From NCBI RefSeq assembly GCF_000485595.1, contig NW_014577075.1, positions 306,235 through 370,234 on the forward strand: 64,000 nucleotides of DNA. The letters run 5' to 3'. Under the pieces are notes generated by a model that was given only the letters and a program-made list of their open reading frames with translations, was not told the origin of the DNA and did not search any database. Below are positions 1 to 13,449 of the stretch, piece by piece. The first letter of the stretch is position 1; each line of letters begins with the position of its first letter. Position numbers and translations under genes: made by a program. This stretch comes from Priapulus caudatus. Lineage: Eukaryota.

Positions 1-81
1 GTGTGTCGTCGTGTGTCGTGTCGTGTGTCGTCGTGTCGTCGTCGTCGTCGTCGTGTCGTGTCGTCGTCGTCGTCTCTCTCG

Positions 82-160
<79 letters not shown>
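1..160. repeat. (GTC)n/(GT)n compound microsatellite
   Basis: Direct reading of the sequence; the ORFs here are repeat artefacts. Confidence 0.95.
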
Positions 161-163
<3 letters not shown>

Positions 164-1433
164 TTATCGTGCGCGTTTGCCACCACTAAACTGCCAGGCG
201 CCATGTAAAATGTTTCGTGTATTTTTTATTCAATAGCCACATGTTGTTTCAGGCCATTAGATCGTATTCGAAATCTAAGTAAATTTGTGTAAAAGAAAGT
301 AACTCAATTTTCCTCCGCCTGCACATAATTAAATATATGCTAAAACGTGTTATGCTCGTAATAATGAAAAAGCCTCAAGCAAATATCAATCAGTACGATG
401 TTAGGATTACGATAATCTTCACGTATCACTTCTGATTCGAGAATTTACTTTACCTGCAAACAACCTCGGGCGAAACGTACTTGTTAGAATCATTTTCAAG
501 TCGGTCGCAACCGCGTATAAAGGATGGCACGATACAGACGCAGAAGACGTTATATAGAAGGGGATCGACTTACAAAAAATCGTAATTAATTTACGCACTT
601 TCTTATATGGTTAACTATAGCAGTAGGGCGCCTAAGGTTTTATATTTCGCAGGCAAACCGCAAACCGTAAGGAGTGATATGAGGATTGTAACTACACAAG
701 GCGGATGGACGCGTTTATGCCGTCCTCTTGCGTTTTTAGATTATTATGAAATAATTATTATCATTATAAGTACAAGCGCGCACAAGTGCACTCACACGCA
801 AAACCGTTATTAGAGCAATTACGAACTATTAGGTCGTCGCGTTGGAAATTTACACACCTTTGGGGAAAACAAAAACCCGAAAAATCTTTTCATCAGTCGC
901 TAGAGTTGCGTCATCAATTATTTTAGTTAATGTAACAGGATTAGCAAACTTTTTAACGCCTAAATCAATATCCCCATGCATAAAACTTGCACGTGTACGG
1001 GGTGACTTTCCTACGTGAAACTCTACATTTTCATTTTCAGTTCATCATCGGAGCGCGCGATCAGTTGCCCTCATATCATTCGGATGAGTTTACAACGGAT
1101 ATTTACACATTAGAAACGCCTGTGGTTTTCTCTCTCGCGTGCAACACGCCATCGTGACGTCGACATGGCATATTGCAGGGGCGCCACTGCGTGTGCTAAC
1201 AACAATCATGGAGACCGGCGTCTATATAGTCTGGCAGCGATTTTATGCATTTATTTGTTTACGGTATATATGAGGCGAATTTGCCTACCGCGTTCTGCTC
1301 AGGACTCTGTTTTTGTGTTATATTCTGACCATTGAGTCGTGATTCAGTGTCTCGATGATGGAAATCGTCTTTCGCACCTGCTGTTTATCGAATAAGCAAT
1401 TTTCATGTCTTTAAGAACATTTCAATTTACGCT

Positions 1434-1616
1434 GTGGCTATATGCCCGGCAGCCGGGCACGGTCTTCGATTTCCTAAATGCCCGGCAGTTCCTAACCCTA
1501 ACCCTAACCCTTGTTTTACTTGAGATAACGCTGAAAATTTAAAACTGCCGAGCATTTAGGAAATCGAAGATCGTGCCCAGACTCAGATATATGCCGGCTG
1601 CCGGGCATATAGCCAC
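1434..1616. mobile_element. Small foldback MITE with internal (CCCTAA)n telomere-like repeats
   Basis: Outer IR GTGGCTATATGCCCGGCAGCCGG (1434) pairs with CCGGCTGCCGGGCATATAGCCAC (ends 1616). A second IR at 1455-1490 pairs with 1543-1578. CCTAACCCTAACCCTAACCC lies at ~1491-1510. No clear TSD. Confidence 0.75.
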
Positions 1617-1650
1617 TCTGTTCAATTTAACTATTCATTTAACTAACATC

Positions 1651-1887
1651 CAGGGGCGTAGCTACGGGGGGGCCTGGGGGGCACGAGCCCCCCACCAAAT
1701 TTACTGTGCCCCCCACGGTGCCCCCCCCCACCCTCGAAAATTCATGCTTCATAAAAAAAAAATTGAATTAAAAACAATGCCGTTAGAACAGTATAATACA
1801 AAGAAAAGTTATATATTGTGCCCCCCACGAAAATGTAAGGCCCCCCAGTGCCCCCCCCCCGCTGAAAAAATCCTAGCTACGCCACTG
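1651..1887. mobile_element. Non-autonomous hAT-type element
   Basis: TIR CAGGGGCGTAGCTA ... TAGCTACGCCACTG. 8-bp flanks CTAACATC (1643-1650) and CTAACATT (1888-1895). Subterminal GCCCCCC motifs. CAG termini plus an 8-bp TSD are typical of hAT. Confidence 0.85.
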
Positions 1888-4800
1888 CTAACATTTCAAT
1901 TTAGCTATTTCAATTTAACTATTCATTACTGTAAGCGGATTCTTCATTGCTGTTATGGCGCGGGGTGGATATGATCGCGATATTGCGATCAGATATGGAA
2001 TCAGGAGCGAACCAGGTATGTCACTGCTCCTCCTCATCCTACATGTAATACTTGTAGCCGTATTCCCACTTACCTCAGTTCTGATATTCATAAACGTTTT
2101 CAAAATGGCGCCGCAATTATAGCGTACACGTACATACGTAACTACGCTTTTGTACATGCGTAGTGAGTTAAACCTGTCAAAATCGCGCAGTCTTGCTCTA
2201 TTACACAGCGAAAAACATTCATGTAAAGGTTGTATCGTGGAGCGGAACCCTGACGTAGCTACCCAGCCTGTGTGCACCTGTTATTTCGATTCCGAATTCC
2301 CCGTAGAGCCTCGTCACTCGTCTCGTCAACCCCCAGCGCGTCCACGGCTGCACCGTGAGGGCTCAATAAAGTTTGCCGGTTGTGTACAACGTGGTGGCCG
2401 TCTTTGCTAGTGGAATACCGTGTAATCACGCTGAAAGACTGCTATTACTCATCAGAGTGAGATCGGCAAAAGTCTCCTTTCTTGATTCAAGCCATATTAC
2501 TGTTTAGGTGGCTGTAGTGGTATACATATTCAGTTGCTGCCTGCCTACTGGACGGTTACGTGAGATATTGGTGCTATCGTTCGTACGCGACACCCTTGCA
2601 TCACTTCATCGTGTGTATTGATTGCGCTGGCTACTGACTGGCAACTGCGTGTATCGAGCAGCTCAGATGAGGACTGCGTGAGAGCAGCACATCTGCAGTA
2701 AAAAGGAACACAGGTGTGCGCAATTACACACCTTATAATCACATTTAGAAGAACGAAACAACTATAGTGAGCCATAGTTCAAAAGGTAAGCAATCACCAT
2801 ACTAACAGTAACACATCTCGTGATTCTAATAATGATAATCCATATAATAATTCTCTTTAAGTTTACGATAGCCATTAAAATAATGCATGAAGGTAATTAT
2901 GCACTTCTAGATTAAGATCATCGTGATTACGAGAGTAACTGTTGTTTCAAGAAGACGGGTAATTTTCCAGTTTGTTACGCATTCCAACCTGTTGCGTAAT
3001 TGACTTGTTGATTTGGGTGAGATCCCGCAAGACTATAGTTGAGTTCAGAATAAACCTCTGCTACGTAATTATAGTGTTAATGCATCATTTCGTGAGATTA
3101 TAGTAAGATATGTAACACGAAACACAACCTACATATAATAAATTAAGGCAAACAGCGGTTACCTATATCAAGTAAAAACAAATTAGTTAAAAACACTGCA
3201 AAAGTTGATTAACGAAATGGATTTGAAACAGTGTAGTGTGTATTTAAATTAACTTTAAATGCTAGTGGTGGTATAGGTTATTGAAGTTATCACTGAAGTT
3301 ATGTAACCTATAATGATATACTAATTACAATCTGTTTAACTGGGCAAGACCATGTGCTGGCAAGTATACATGATTAGTTGATTACAACAAAAACAAAATC
3401 AACAAAAAAAGCGATGATTCACTTAACAAAAAAACAAGTTCGTGTAGCTGCTATGAGCATGGAAAAATGCATAGCACTATAATTAATCAAGTTTAGCCCC
3501 AATAATTTGTTTTTATATAATTTATTAAACAGCGAGACTGTCTGTGGTTGCAGATGTATTGCAATCCAAGTGCACATGTACAGTGTAAACTTTAACACCA
3601 CAATAATTGTGTACGATTGGGTATCACAATACCTTCTTTTTTACTAGTTACCAAATTCTACCTGCATGCGGTTAAAATTTAATGAGCCAATGCAGACAAA
3701 AATAATAATGGGGTGCAACATATGGTGTATGTACATGTACCGGTATGCATGTTTGTGTCCACTTAGCAACCAACATTATTTTCCCCATGTGTTTATTTAA
3801 TTAATTCAAACAATCAGGTGACTCGATCATTACTTTTCAATAATATGACCGATGATGAAATAATACATCATTAAAGTTATGTGATTAATATACAGAATAG
3901 CTTTAATTTCCAAATTCATGTTCTAAACAGAGCGTAAAAAGTAAAATCCTGACCAGGTGGCATTTTACAGAAGTCATTAAAATAGAGTTTTAATTGTGAT
4001 GTGGCTTGTCGTATCAATAAATAATGCTGGCTTGGCAATAGGCTCGCTTGGAAATTCGTTGAAAAGTGACAGTGGTGTTCATCTTGCATAACCTGTTGCC
4101 AGCTCCCAGCAATGTTGAAAATTCATGATTAAAAATGTTATATTTGTTTAAAAATGCCAGATTTGTGACAGGCTTCAATTGTTTCAATTTGAATTCAAAT
4201 AATTTGACAAGAGTTACAAAGGGAAAGTTAGGTGTTAGGTAACCTAGCTGCGTTTTGCAGATACATGTACTCATTAAGTGTAACTGCATCACGTGTTGGG
4301 TTTTTAGGAAGACGATTTATAGCAAAAGTATTGCACAGAAATTAATGCAATCGGATAGCTCTCAACTTAAAATGCAGCATGAACCTTCACATTTGCATTC
4401 AAGTGTATTTTTTCAATTGACAGTCTTGTAGGTTACCTCTCATCAAAAGGCATTAATTGCAGCTAAATTTACCACTATAGCGGTTTAGGTCTATACGATA
4501 TTAGATGTTATATTAGAAATTATACTTATGTACTACACTACAGTATAAATAAATAAATAAATATATAATATGTCTGTTTATGACTGATTCAGTTTGTTAA
4601 ATTCTCCATTGTATCAGGAATATATATATATATATATATATATATAATACTGGAGCCGAGGGTGTGAAAATATGGAAAATTTAAAAATATGTTCTAGTAA
4701 AATGCGTAAATATAATACAGGGCATGAGTGCATCACATCGTGCCGTTTGTAGCATGGCAGTAGTTTATTTATCTTTCTACTGCTTAGCTTCTTTGCCTTT

Positions 4801-4991
4801 AGTGTAATATATCCATGCTCTTATCTTTTGGATATTAGTGCAAGTATGAGTGCAGCGTAGGCATATTCGTGTCTGTTTATGGTATTTGTAGACTACTGCA
4901 AAGGCGTACTGCCCCTTGTTTGCCTTACTGATACGCAATCAGCGATGTACCAAAGGATCCAACTACTCCATGTGATGCGCATTCGTTCTAC

Positions 4992-5259
4992 AGTTAGGGT
5001 CAACTAGAGATTTTGGCTGGAGTGTAAAATCCCAAACGTCAGTTATAGAGTAGGGTTAGTTTAGGATTAGGGTTAGGGTTAGGTAAGAATTAAGGGTAGG
5101 GACAGAATTTAGGGTTAGGGTTAGAGTCGGGAATCAGGGCTAGGATCTATATCTAGGATAAGAGTCTATCCTCTTACTTCTGTTACGGAGTTTATACTTT
5201 ATTCTACCCGGGATTTTCACTTCACTTGGGCGAGGTCATTCGTGTTAGCTGACCTGACT
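4992..5259. mobile_element. Degenerate element with internal TTAGGG-like repeats and imperfect inverted repeats
   Basis: Degenerate TTAGGG runs at ~5050-5125. AGTGTAAAATCCC (5021) pairs with GGGATTTTCACT (5210-5221). Weaker outer IR AGTTAGGGTCAACTA / TAGCTGACCTGACT. Confidence 0.45.
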
Positions 5260-6550
5260 ATACGGATACAAAGTCGTTGAGATTTATTGTCTAATTTTGT
5301 CTAATATTGTCTAAGACAGTAGCGCCAATCGTGCAGTCCTAAATTGGGTGCATAAAAATAATAAATGAAGGGGCATAGAAAGTTCATGTGAAACTGAGCG
5401 GCGCCGTATGTGAGCCATGTGTGCAGGTACGTGTATGTCTCACTGTAGCTATTATTATGTTGATAGCTAGTGCATAATTGTGAACTTTTGACATCAATTG
5501 ACCGGCCATAAAGTGAAGAATAAGGGGAATGGACAATAGCATTCGAAATGCACTTTAGAAAGTTTATTGATGCTAAGTAGTTGAAGGAATTTTTATTCGC
5601 ATTTGAGCTATAGCTAGTTATATAATACCCGGTTCCTCACGATGTGTAATAAAAAAACACTGTTTTGGGAGTTTGCGTCGTCACGATAAAGCTACTCCCG
5701 CAAATGTTTCGTTCGCCAGGGAGTGCTGTTTCGTGCATTTTAACAATCTGCTTGGATAAAAACTTTGCATTTATATTTGGTTTGTGGTTGATCGTTTTCC
5801 GCTATGGTATATTTTTATCTTGATTTTAATGCAGTCTTCATCTAAACGATGCGATGCAGTTGTTGAATATTATAATGCGATTGCCAAATGAATCAGTTAC
5901 AGCAGATGAGTCCGAACAGTGCAGCCGGGGTGGTAAACGGAACTATAGCCACCTGTAATCAGGAGAAAATTACGTACCCTTTCTACTCAGTAGAACTATC
6001 TTTTGATGATGAGAATTTGCGATGTTTCGGGATTTGCTCCTGAATGGCATATTACGATTGTATAAAATTTCGGTTTATGCCTGCAGCCAGCAATAATGCG
6101 TTGATACAGCCACGCGCGTGTTATTACTTCTCTCCACCTGCCCCCCCCCCAAGCTCAAGGTTCAGATCGTTCTCCGAAGTGTGGCGGTTAGGGTTAGGTA
6201 CAGGGACCCTAGTGGCGGTATGACACGCTATTACGCTTAGCACGTCGACGTTATGTTCTCGATTCAGCTAGTTTTCTTGGTTTGTTTTTTTTAGCTTGTT
6301 TTGTTCTTGGTTCTGTTGTCGATGTTGTCTCGTTGCATGCGTCTATTCGACCGGCTCCCCCGGCCCGTGAGTCGTGGTTCCATAAACTTCTTAGCCACGG
6401 TGTCTTTGGGAATCGGGTCTGCTCGTGGTATCGGGTTTGCTGTGCACACAGTGCTCATGCCTATCACTCGGGTAAGGTGGCGATGAAGGCCGTAATGTAG
6501 TGGTAATGCGTGTACCGCGAGTCAGCGAGATTCACAAAGGGCGATTTACT

Positions 6551-6926
6551 CACAGGCACTTGGGACAGAGTCAGTAAAAACTGAAAATAATATGAACGCA
6601 CATTCACAAATAGGCCCTACTACCGTACCCCTCTGTTACAATTCCACTGTTGTGTCACTGTATATCAACTTTCCTTCATAAAAACTAACGCCGAACGCTC
6701 CCGCACTCGCCGCTGCGAGTGTGCTGTGTCGCCATGATAATGATAATATCAGGAGTAGATAATAGAAGATTCTTCTATTCTTATAATAATTAGATATTTA
6801 GTATAGTATATTTATTAATAATTATGATAATTAGATTCTTCTATTATCTACTCCTGATATTATCATTATCATTATCATGGCGACACATCACACTCGCAGC
6901 GGCGGACTCTGTCCCAAGTGCCTGTG
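6551..6926. mobile_element. MITE with CACAGGCACTTG termini, P-superfamily-like
   Basis: Perfect 22-bp TIR CACAGGCACTTGGGACAGAGTC / GACTCTGTCCCAAGTGCCTGTG. Perfect 8-bp TSD GATTTACT (6543-6550, 6927-6934). Internal hairpin at 6709-6903. Confidence 0.85.
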
Positions 6927-7092
6927 GATTTACTGGACGCTATCTATATACGATAGCTGGCTGCTATTTAATGGCGTATGTGACGGCTTGGCCGCACGAG
7001 AACTGCGCTCGTCAGAAATCTGGCGTTTGGCGATAACGGACAATGGCGCAAAACTGCGATTCCGTTTAATATCGAATTCATAGCTACTGTCA

Positions 7093-7103
7093 CTCTCTCT
7101 CGC

Positions 7104-7156
<53 letters not shown>

Positions 7157-7469
7157 GTCGTCTCTCTCTCTCTCTCTTGCTTGCTCTACTCTGTCTTCTC
7201 TGTCTCTCTGTCTCTTCTGTCTCTTGTCTCTTGTCTCTGTCTCTGTCTTGTCTCTGTCTCTTCTCGTCTTGTCTCTGTGCTCTTCTCTCTCTCTCTACTC
7301 TCTCCTCCTCTCTCTCTTCTCTCTCTGTGTCTCTCTCTCCCTCTGCTCCTCCTCTCTCTCCGTTCTCCCTCTCCATCCTCTCTCCCTCTCCTTCCGTCTC
7401 TCTCCTCCTCTCCTCCCCTCTCTCTCCGTCGATCTCTCTCTCCACTCTCGGCGTTCTCTCTCTGTTCTG

Positions 7470-7519
<50 letters not shown>

Positions 7520-7650
7520 CTCCTCCTCTCTTCTCATCTCCTCTCCTCTCTCTCTACTATCTCTCTCTATCTTCTCTCCTCTCATTCTCTCCCTCTTCTT
7601 ATCTCATCTCTTTCCTCATCTCCTTCTCTGCTCTCTCTCTCTCTCTCTCT
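7093..7650. repeat. Degenerate (CT)n microsatellite
   Basis: Pyrimidine-rich simple repeat read directly. Confidence 0.95.
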
Positions 7651-8089
7651 TCAGCACATTAATGCGGAAATTTGAATTAAACGTCGCGGATAGATATTGA
7701 TCTATAATATAACAAGAGCTAAAAAGAGGTTTTATTAGCTCTTGATATTAAGCCGATTTCGCTGGTGCGCGAGGTCCGCCCAAGTTCGATATATCATATT
7801 CCGTGTCGGCCGGCACTCCGGCACTGAGGTTGGCGACATGCTTTTTCAACTGCCCGCGCAAATTGCCTATCGACAATTTATACTGCATTAACGGTGCGTG
7901 TAAAGCCCATTATTCACTTTGTAGTTGCAGCATGAACATTTTCGAATTAAAATAGTGGCGAAAATGAACCAGCGTGTAAGGCTAAACCCAGCTAATGGAG
8001 TGTTCGTGACATGAGGACTGCGCGATGTACAAACTAAAGAACCGGAAGGACGTAAGAGGGATGTGTGGAGAATCGTGCGGCAGTGGGTG

Positions 8090-8880
8090 GATGAGCGTAT
8101 CGGGGAGTTGTGGAGCGGGGAGGATGAGTTATGGGGATGTTGGAGGGGGTGATGACGGTATGGGATCGTGCTGGACGGGTTGTGGATGAGCGTATGGGAG
8201 TGGAGGGGCTGGATGCAGGTAATGGGATACCTGGAGGGGCTGGAATGACGGTATGCGAATGTGGGACGGGGGTGGATGAGGTACTGGGATGTGGAGGGGG
8301 TGGATGCAGGTACTGGGGATGTGGAGGGGGGGATTGAGCGTTATGGGGACTGATGGAGCGGGGTGGATCGAGGTATGGGGATAGTCCGGAGGGGGTCGGC
8401 AATGAGGTCATGCCGGGATGTGGAGGGGTGGATGAGTATGGGAACTTGGATGGGTGCGGCATGCGAGGTATGGGGATGTGGAAGGGGGTGGATGAGGATA
8501 TGGGGATGGTGGAGGGGGTGAATGAAGGTATGGGGATGTGAGGGGGTGGATGAGGTATGGGAATAATGTGGAGGGGTGGATGAGGTAATGGGGATGTTTG
8601 ACGGGGGTGGATGAGGTATGGGGATGTGGAGGGGGTGGATGAGGTATGGGGATGTGGAGAGGGCGGTGGATGAGGTATGGGGATGTGGAGGATGTGGAGG
8701 GGTGGGATGAGGTATGGGGATGTGGAGGGGCAGGAAGCTAAGTGGGAAGTATGAGCAGAGCCATGTTGATACGCGGGGAGGTGGAAAGGAAGTATGTAAA
8801 TGTGCAGAGAGGCAAGGAGGAGGTAAAGCCCAGGGATGTTGTGGGAGGCAAGGAGGAGGTATGGGGATGTGGATGGCGGT
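8090..8880. repeat. Degenerate ~28-bp G-rich minisatellite (GGATGAGGTATGGGGATGTGGAGGGGGT)
   Basis: The unit recurs many times and is best conserved at ~8480-8725. Confidence 0.85.
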
Positions 8881-9772
8881 AGAGCGGATCACGAGGATGT
8901 GACGATGTCACGTGCAGACACCGGACGCCGTGTGACGTCACCGTGACAGCCGGGATCACGGCCACGCCATCGGTCTGCGGTCAGCAACTTCAGGAGCGCC
9001 TTCGGAAGTTTCCGAATTTCCACCAAATAAGCTTATACATTGTAAAGTAGAGTTGAGGACCGAGGGAGCTGCACTATATATATACGTATACATTCGCGTT
9101 CATCAATATTGACCGATGGCTCAGCGAGTTCCCTCTACAGGACATATTCGCGCAGTGAAAGGGGTCGCTGATTAGAACGTGGAGGCGTGAATAGGGAGAC
9201 GCTTCCCAGGCGTAATGATTAGAGCGCGTGAGTGTGCATGTCGTCTCAGCCCACACGCGCTCATATAGAGTACTTTCAGAGTAAGGTCTCGACGGGTTAT
9301 ATTTATAGTTATCGCAGTTCTAGAGCTACCCCAGTTTCAGCCCCGCTCATTTATAATGCTCTCGGACTAGCGCTTCCAGAGCCTGGCTTCAATCCGCTCA
9401 CTTATATAGTAATTTAAGACTAACTACGTCAGAGTTAGGCGGCGATGTCGAGTATATTGATTATGGCAGCTTCGAGCGGCGGAGCTTTTACTTTCGATTT
9501 TAGTTTCGGGTTTGTATATATTGAACGCATGCAGTCTGGACTCTCTGGCGGCGCTCGTTCAATCCGCGGCTGGCGGGAGGGAGTTTCCTTTGTTGTTGCG
9601 CGTGTGCGGCGGTGAGAGGTGAGCAACCAACTAATACACACGCACGCAAGCATGCACGCACGTACGTACGTACGCACGTTCGCGCGTTCGCGTGGGCATA
9701 CCGCATTACGTTAGTTGCCTTCGGGAGATGAAGATTCGTAGTAGATTAAATTTTGTATTCGCTCCATATTAT

Positions 9773-10347
9773 ATGTGCGTGAAGTATTTCCTAGTTCCTT
9801 ATCACTCTTACATTACATTTAGACTCTCCACAAGCTAGAGTATAGCATGTGCACCATCCACAACCTGAGCTACACGTTTGTATGAAATAGAAGTGAACTA
9901 CTCGCCTAATGTCGCTGCTCTGAAATAAGGAAATGGGTCTAAAAATAAGGAAATGGGTCTAAAAAATAAGAAGTGGACTCTACCATTACATTTAAACTCT
10001 CTACTACAAGTTTAAATGTGATGTAAAAGTCCACATGCAGATGTAGAACAGGTTGTGGATGGTGCACGTGCTATTCTCTAGCGTGTGGAGAGTTTAAATA
10101 TTATGTAAGAATCCACTTACTTATTTTTTAGACCCATTTCCTCTTTTACACCGATTTCCTTATTTGAGAGCATCGCCATTAGCCGAGTAGTTCAATTTTA
10201 TTTCACTATAGAAACAGATGTGGAACAGGTTGTGGATGGTGCACATGCTATACTCTAGCTTGTGGAGAGTTTGAATGTAATGTAAGAGTCCACTTACTTA
10301 GTTTTGAAAATACGGAACTAGGAACTAGGAAATAGTTTCACGCACAT
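9773..10347. mobile_element. Long-TIR foldback element, Mutator (MULE)-like
   Basis: Termini ATGTGCGTGAAGTATTTCCTAGTTCCT / AGGAACTAGGAAATAGTTTCACGCACAT. 9-bp flanks CCATATTAT (9764-9772) and CCAGATTAT (10348-10356). An internal ~60-bp block at ~9807-9868 recurs inverted at ~10049-10110 and ~10226-10289. Confidence 0.75.
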
Positions 10348-10976
10348 CCAGATTATCTAGCACGCAACCCTTATTCGCGTGCGCCCGCGTACGTGGTGGT
10401 GATGAGGAATGCATGCGGGAAGACCTCCCGGTGTAAGCTACGTTGGGAAAATTGCGTGTTCGCCCAGTTATATGGTATTGTCAGCTATATGCGACCGCTT
10501 ACTAGTTGGTAATTGCGTGCCCTGCTTGAATGTGTTCCGGTCGACTTGTGGTGTAATAGGCAACCGGTGGTGAGCAACCATGGTTTCCCGCTAGGTGGTT
10601 TGTGTCAGTCAGTCGGCCGAGAGAAGTAAATGTAAATCGTCGTGTCAGGCAGACAAATTATTTCGCCACACGAGTGGATGGTGGATAGAGTGACGTGCCG
10701 CCCGTTTAGAAAGCAATTTGACAAGGTTGTTTTGCTCTACAAGTTAATGAGTGGTATACAAGTGGCAGGTACCGACGTTTCATCAACGTGCCGCCGGGGA
10801 ACTGTGAAGTAGTCCCACGGCTACTCAGAAGTGTCTTGTACTGGTCACGCAGCGAGCGTACGTTATTCAATAGCTGTGCCTGTCGTGGTTATGGAGTAGC
10901 TACAACCGTGTGCGAAGCGTGAAAAAACTCTACAGTGGCACTTGCGCACTTGGGTGGTTCCAAAGGTCCATGTGGC

Positions 10977-11013
10977 CAGAAGTAGATAATGAGGCCCCTA
11001 TTATCTACTTCTG
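10977..11013. mobile_element. 37-bp CA..TG palindrome with 7-bp TSD (putative P-type excision footprint or micro-MITE)
   Basis: CAGAAGTAGATAAT-gaggcccct-ATTATCTACTTCTG, flanked by a perfect ATGTGGC (10970-10976, 11014-11020). Confidence 0.75.
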
Positions 11014-12159
11014 ATGTGGCTGAACTCAGAAGTTTTATTCTCAACTACTTTTGGATTCGATCTAGGATACGCGCAGAAGACGGGCTCGTAAACCCAACGC
11101 TCAAGGTTGTCGTTCGTTCTAGGAACACCTGAATAGTCTCAGCCCTGTATTTGTAGTAATTGCAGACCGTGGGCCGGCCGTAACGAGTTAACGAGTGCGG
11201 TGAATCTAGACAGGAACCCAGTCTAGTTGTTACAGTCCCTGGTCGGCGTCAGGATCCCGATTCTGTTGATTGCTTCACTACGACTCTTATATAGAGCCGA
11301 TATATAGATAATATACTCTTGTATTTACGATATATGGAGCCAGTCTTGAGTAAATCTATGAACAAATCGTGCTTTTTAAACTCCTGAGGTCTCGTTTGTT
11401 TGCACGTAAACTCTGCCGTACCGCACTGGGCTTGCTGCCACGGCAGTGGAGGCGCCCTGTGATTCGCCTGCCAGTGTTCGCACCAGGTGGTTGCCCGCTG
11501 CCGTTTGGCCGGCCGGGCTAGTGACTGGCCAGTCATGGTCCGGCCTGCGTGTTGGCGATTACATCCGCGTATTTCCTGATGGTACGTGTTCACATCTGGT
11601 TCGCCAGATTTTCCACGGCGCACACAAACATCGCGTGTACGCTCGAGACTGAGCACGGGCGCTCGCGCTGCAGTGCTGTATATAGTAGATGCTGGCGATA
11701 CGGGCATGTCTGTCGACCGTCTAAGGATTCACATTTGGCAGCCAACCGGCTTTACCCTCATGATCCACCTTATGTTAAAAATAAACAAAATTCTGATTTG
11801 GGATGTTTTAATTTTCATAATGAGATGCACGTGTGCGTTGGCATAGCAACGGTCAGGAAGAAGACTCCGAGCAGCGGCTTATCATTACGAAAATCGGATC
11901 CAAATTGTTTCATGGCGGAATATAGGCGGACGAGGTTGCCCGTCGTGCAATGGAGTGCACGCGATTGCTGTAGCATCGACTGGAATATCAGTCCTGTGCA
12001 AATATAAGTGCTGGTGTCACTGCTAACCGTGCCAAAATGAGACGGTCATGCAACGTGATGGAAGAGATTGCGTTGAATGAATGAGATATTGTGAGTTCCC
12101 GATAGATAGACTTGAGCCGATGAAACCTAATTAATGTCTCAAGTGACCTAATTGGCGCG

Positions 12160-12522
12160 AGAGAGAAAGAGAGCGAGATAGGGAGCGAGAGAGAGGGGGA
12201 GGGGGAGAAAGCGTCCGAGAGGAAAAGAGGGCAAGCTTAAAATAAGAAAGAGAAAACTGTAAATAAGAAATAAAGGGAAGAGAACTAGCCAGAGATAGCG
12301 ACTGAGGAGAGGAGAATAGAGAAATAGCAGGATAATGTCGAAAAGAATGAAGGGAGAGAGCGAGATAAGATTGTGGGAAAAGAAGAGAGACAGTCAGACA
12401 TAAAATGATATTGAGAGAGAAGTGGAGAGATGGAGGTGGGAAGGAAGGGATGGAGGGAGGGAGACGGAGAGAGAAGGGGTGAAAGAGTAGAGGGCGGTTA
12501 AGAGAGGAGAGAGAGCGAGAGA

Positions 12523-12582
<60 letters not shown>

Positions 12583-12592
12583 NNNNNNNNNN

Positions 12593-12660
<68 letters not shown>
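12160..12660. repeat. Purine-rich low-complexity sequence and (GA)n microsatellite spanning a 10-N gap
   Basis: Direct reading. Confidence 0.9.
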
Positions 12661-12661
<1 letters not shown>

Positions 12662-13449
12662 GGTTATGGGTAGAAACGGATATTGAGAGAACATTTTCTA
12701 GAAAGTCGTTGCACGTACGCAGTGTTATTTCCGCTTACACGGGGACTGTCAGTCAGAAAATGTCAATAATTGTTGTCAGCTGATAGAATTCACAGTCGGA
12801 TCCTCCGCTGAACTATTGACGCTGGTTGTTGATTCTAGAAATTACCACCACGTGACGTTTGCTCGTCTTGATTCGGGTTTGAGATTGGTACGCGCTCTGA
12901 ATTTCTCGTTTTCTATGGCGTAACATTCACCCCCTTGCAGCATGGCTTCTCTCTAATCAGAGAGAAGTTTCAAGTAATCTACTGTACATCGATTGCCTCA
13001 TCGATCCGCTTTAAAAGTACTGGCGTTAGTTAGTTAGTTAGTTACGATGCACTGCGTTATTCATAGGTATTAGTTTACGTGCGGTGTTAGTTAGCGCACG
13101 ATACACTGAAGTTTTGGCATGTCGGCAATCGCAGTTGTCTACCTAAACCGCGCTGGGTATCGTAAAGAGCGCCATGTTTGTTACCCATGATGAAGTTTCG
13201 TGATGCGTGTTTCTAGATTATTGATTGGAAATTGTATGCACCGCTGTGATGGGAGATGATTGAAATGCGACGGTAGTATTGCAGTGATGATATACCGGTT
13301 CATTGATAACATGTCGTCATTATCGACGATTCGTCTGCCTTCACAGTGCTTGATCAGCGATGCATCGATATTGCGCGAACATATTGATGAGAAATTATTG
13401 CGATCGATAGTGTATTGTTACGTAATTGCGTGCGCGTTGTTCGCTTATC

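Noticed and set aside
1176..1189. CAGGGGCGCCACTG resembling fused ends of the hAT element at 1651-1887
   Set aside because: Only 14 bp and no flanking TSD; could be chance or an unrelated GC-rich motif.
10394..10670. Possible solo LTR (TG...CA ending TTCGCCACA); similarly ~2231-2428 with AATAAA
   Set aside because: No convincing TSD, PBS/PPT or second LTR copy.
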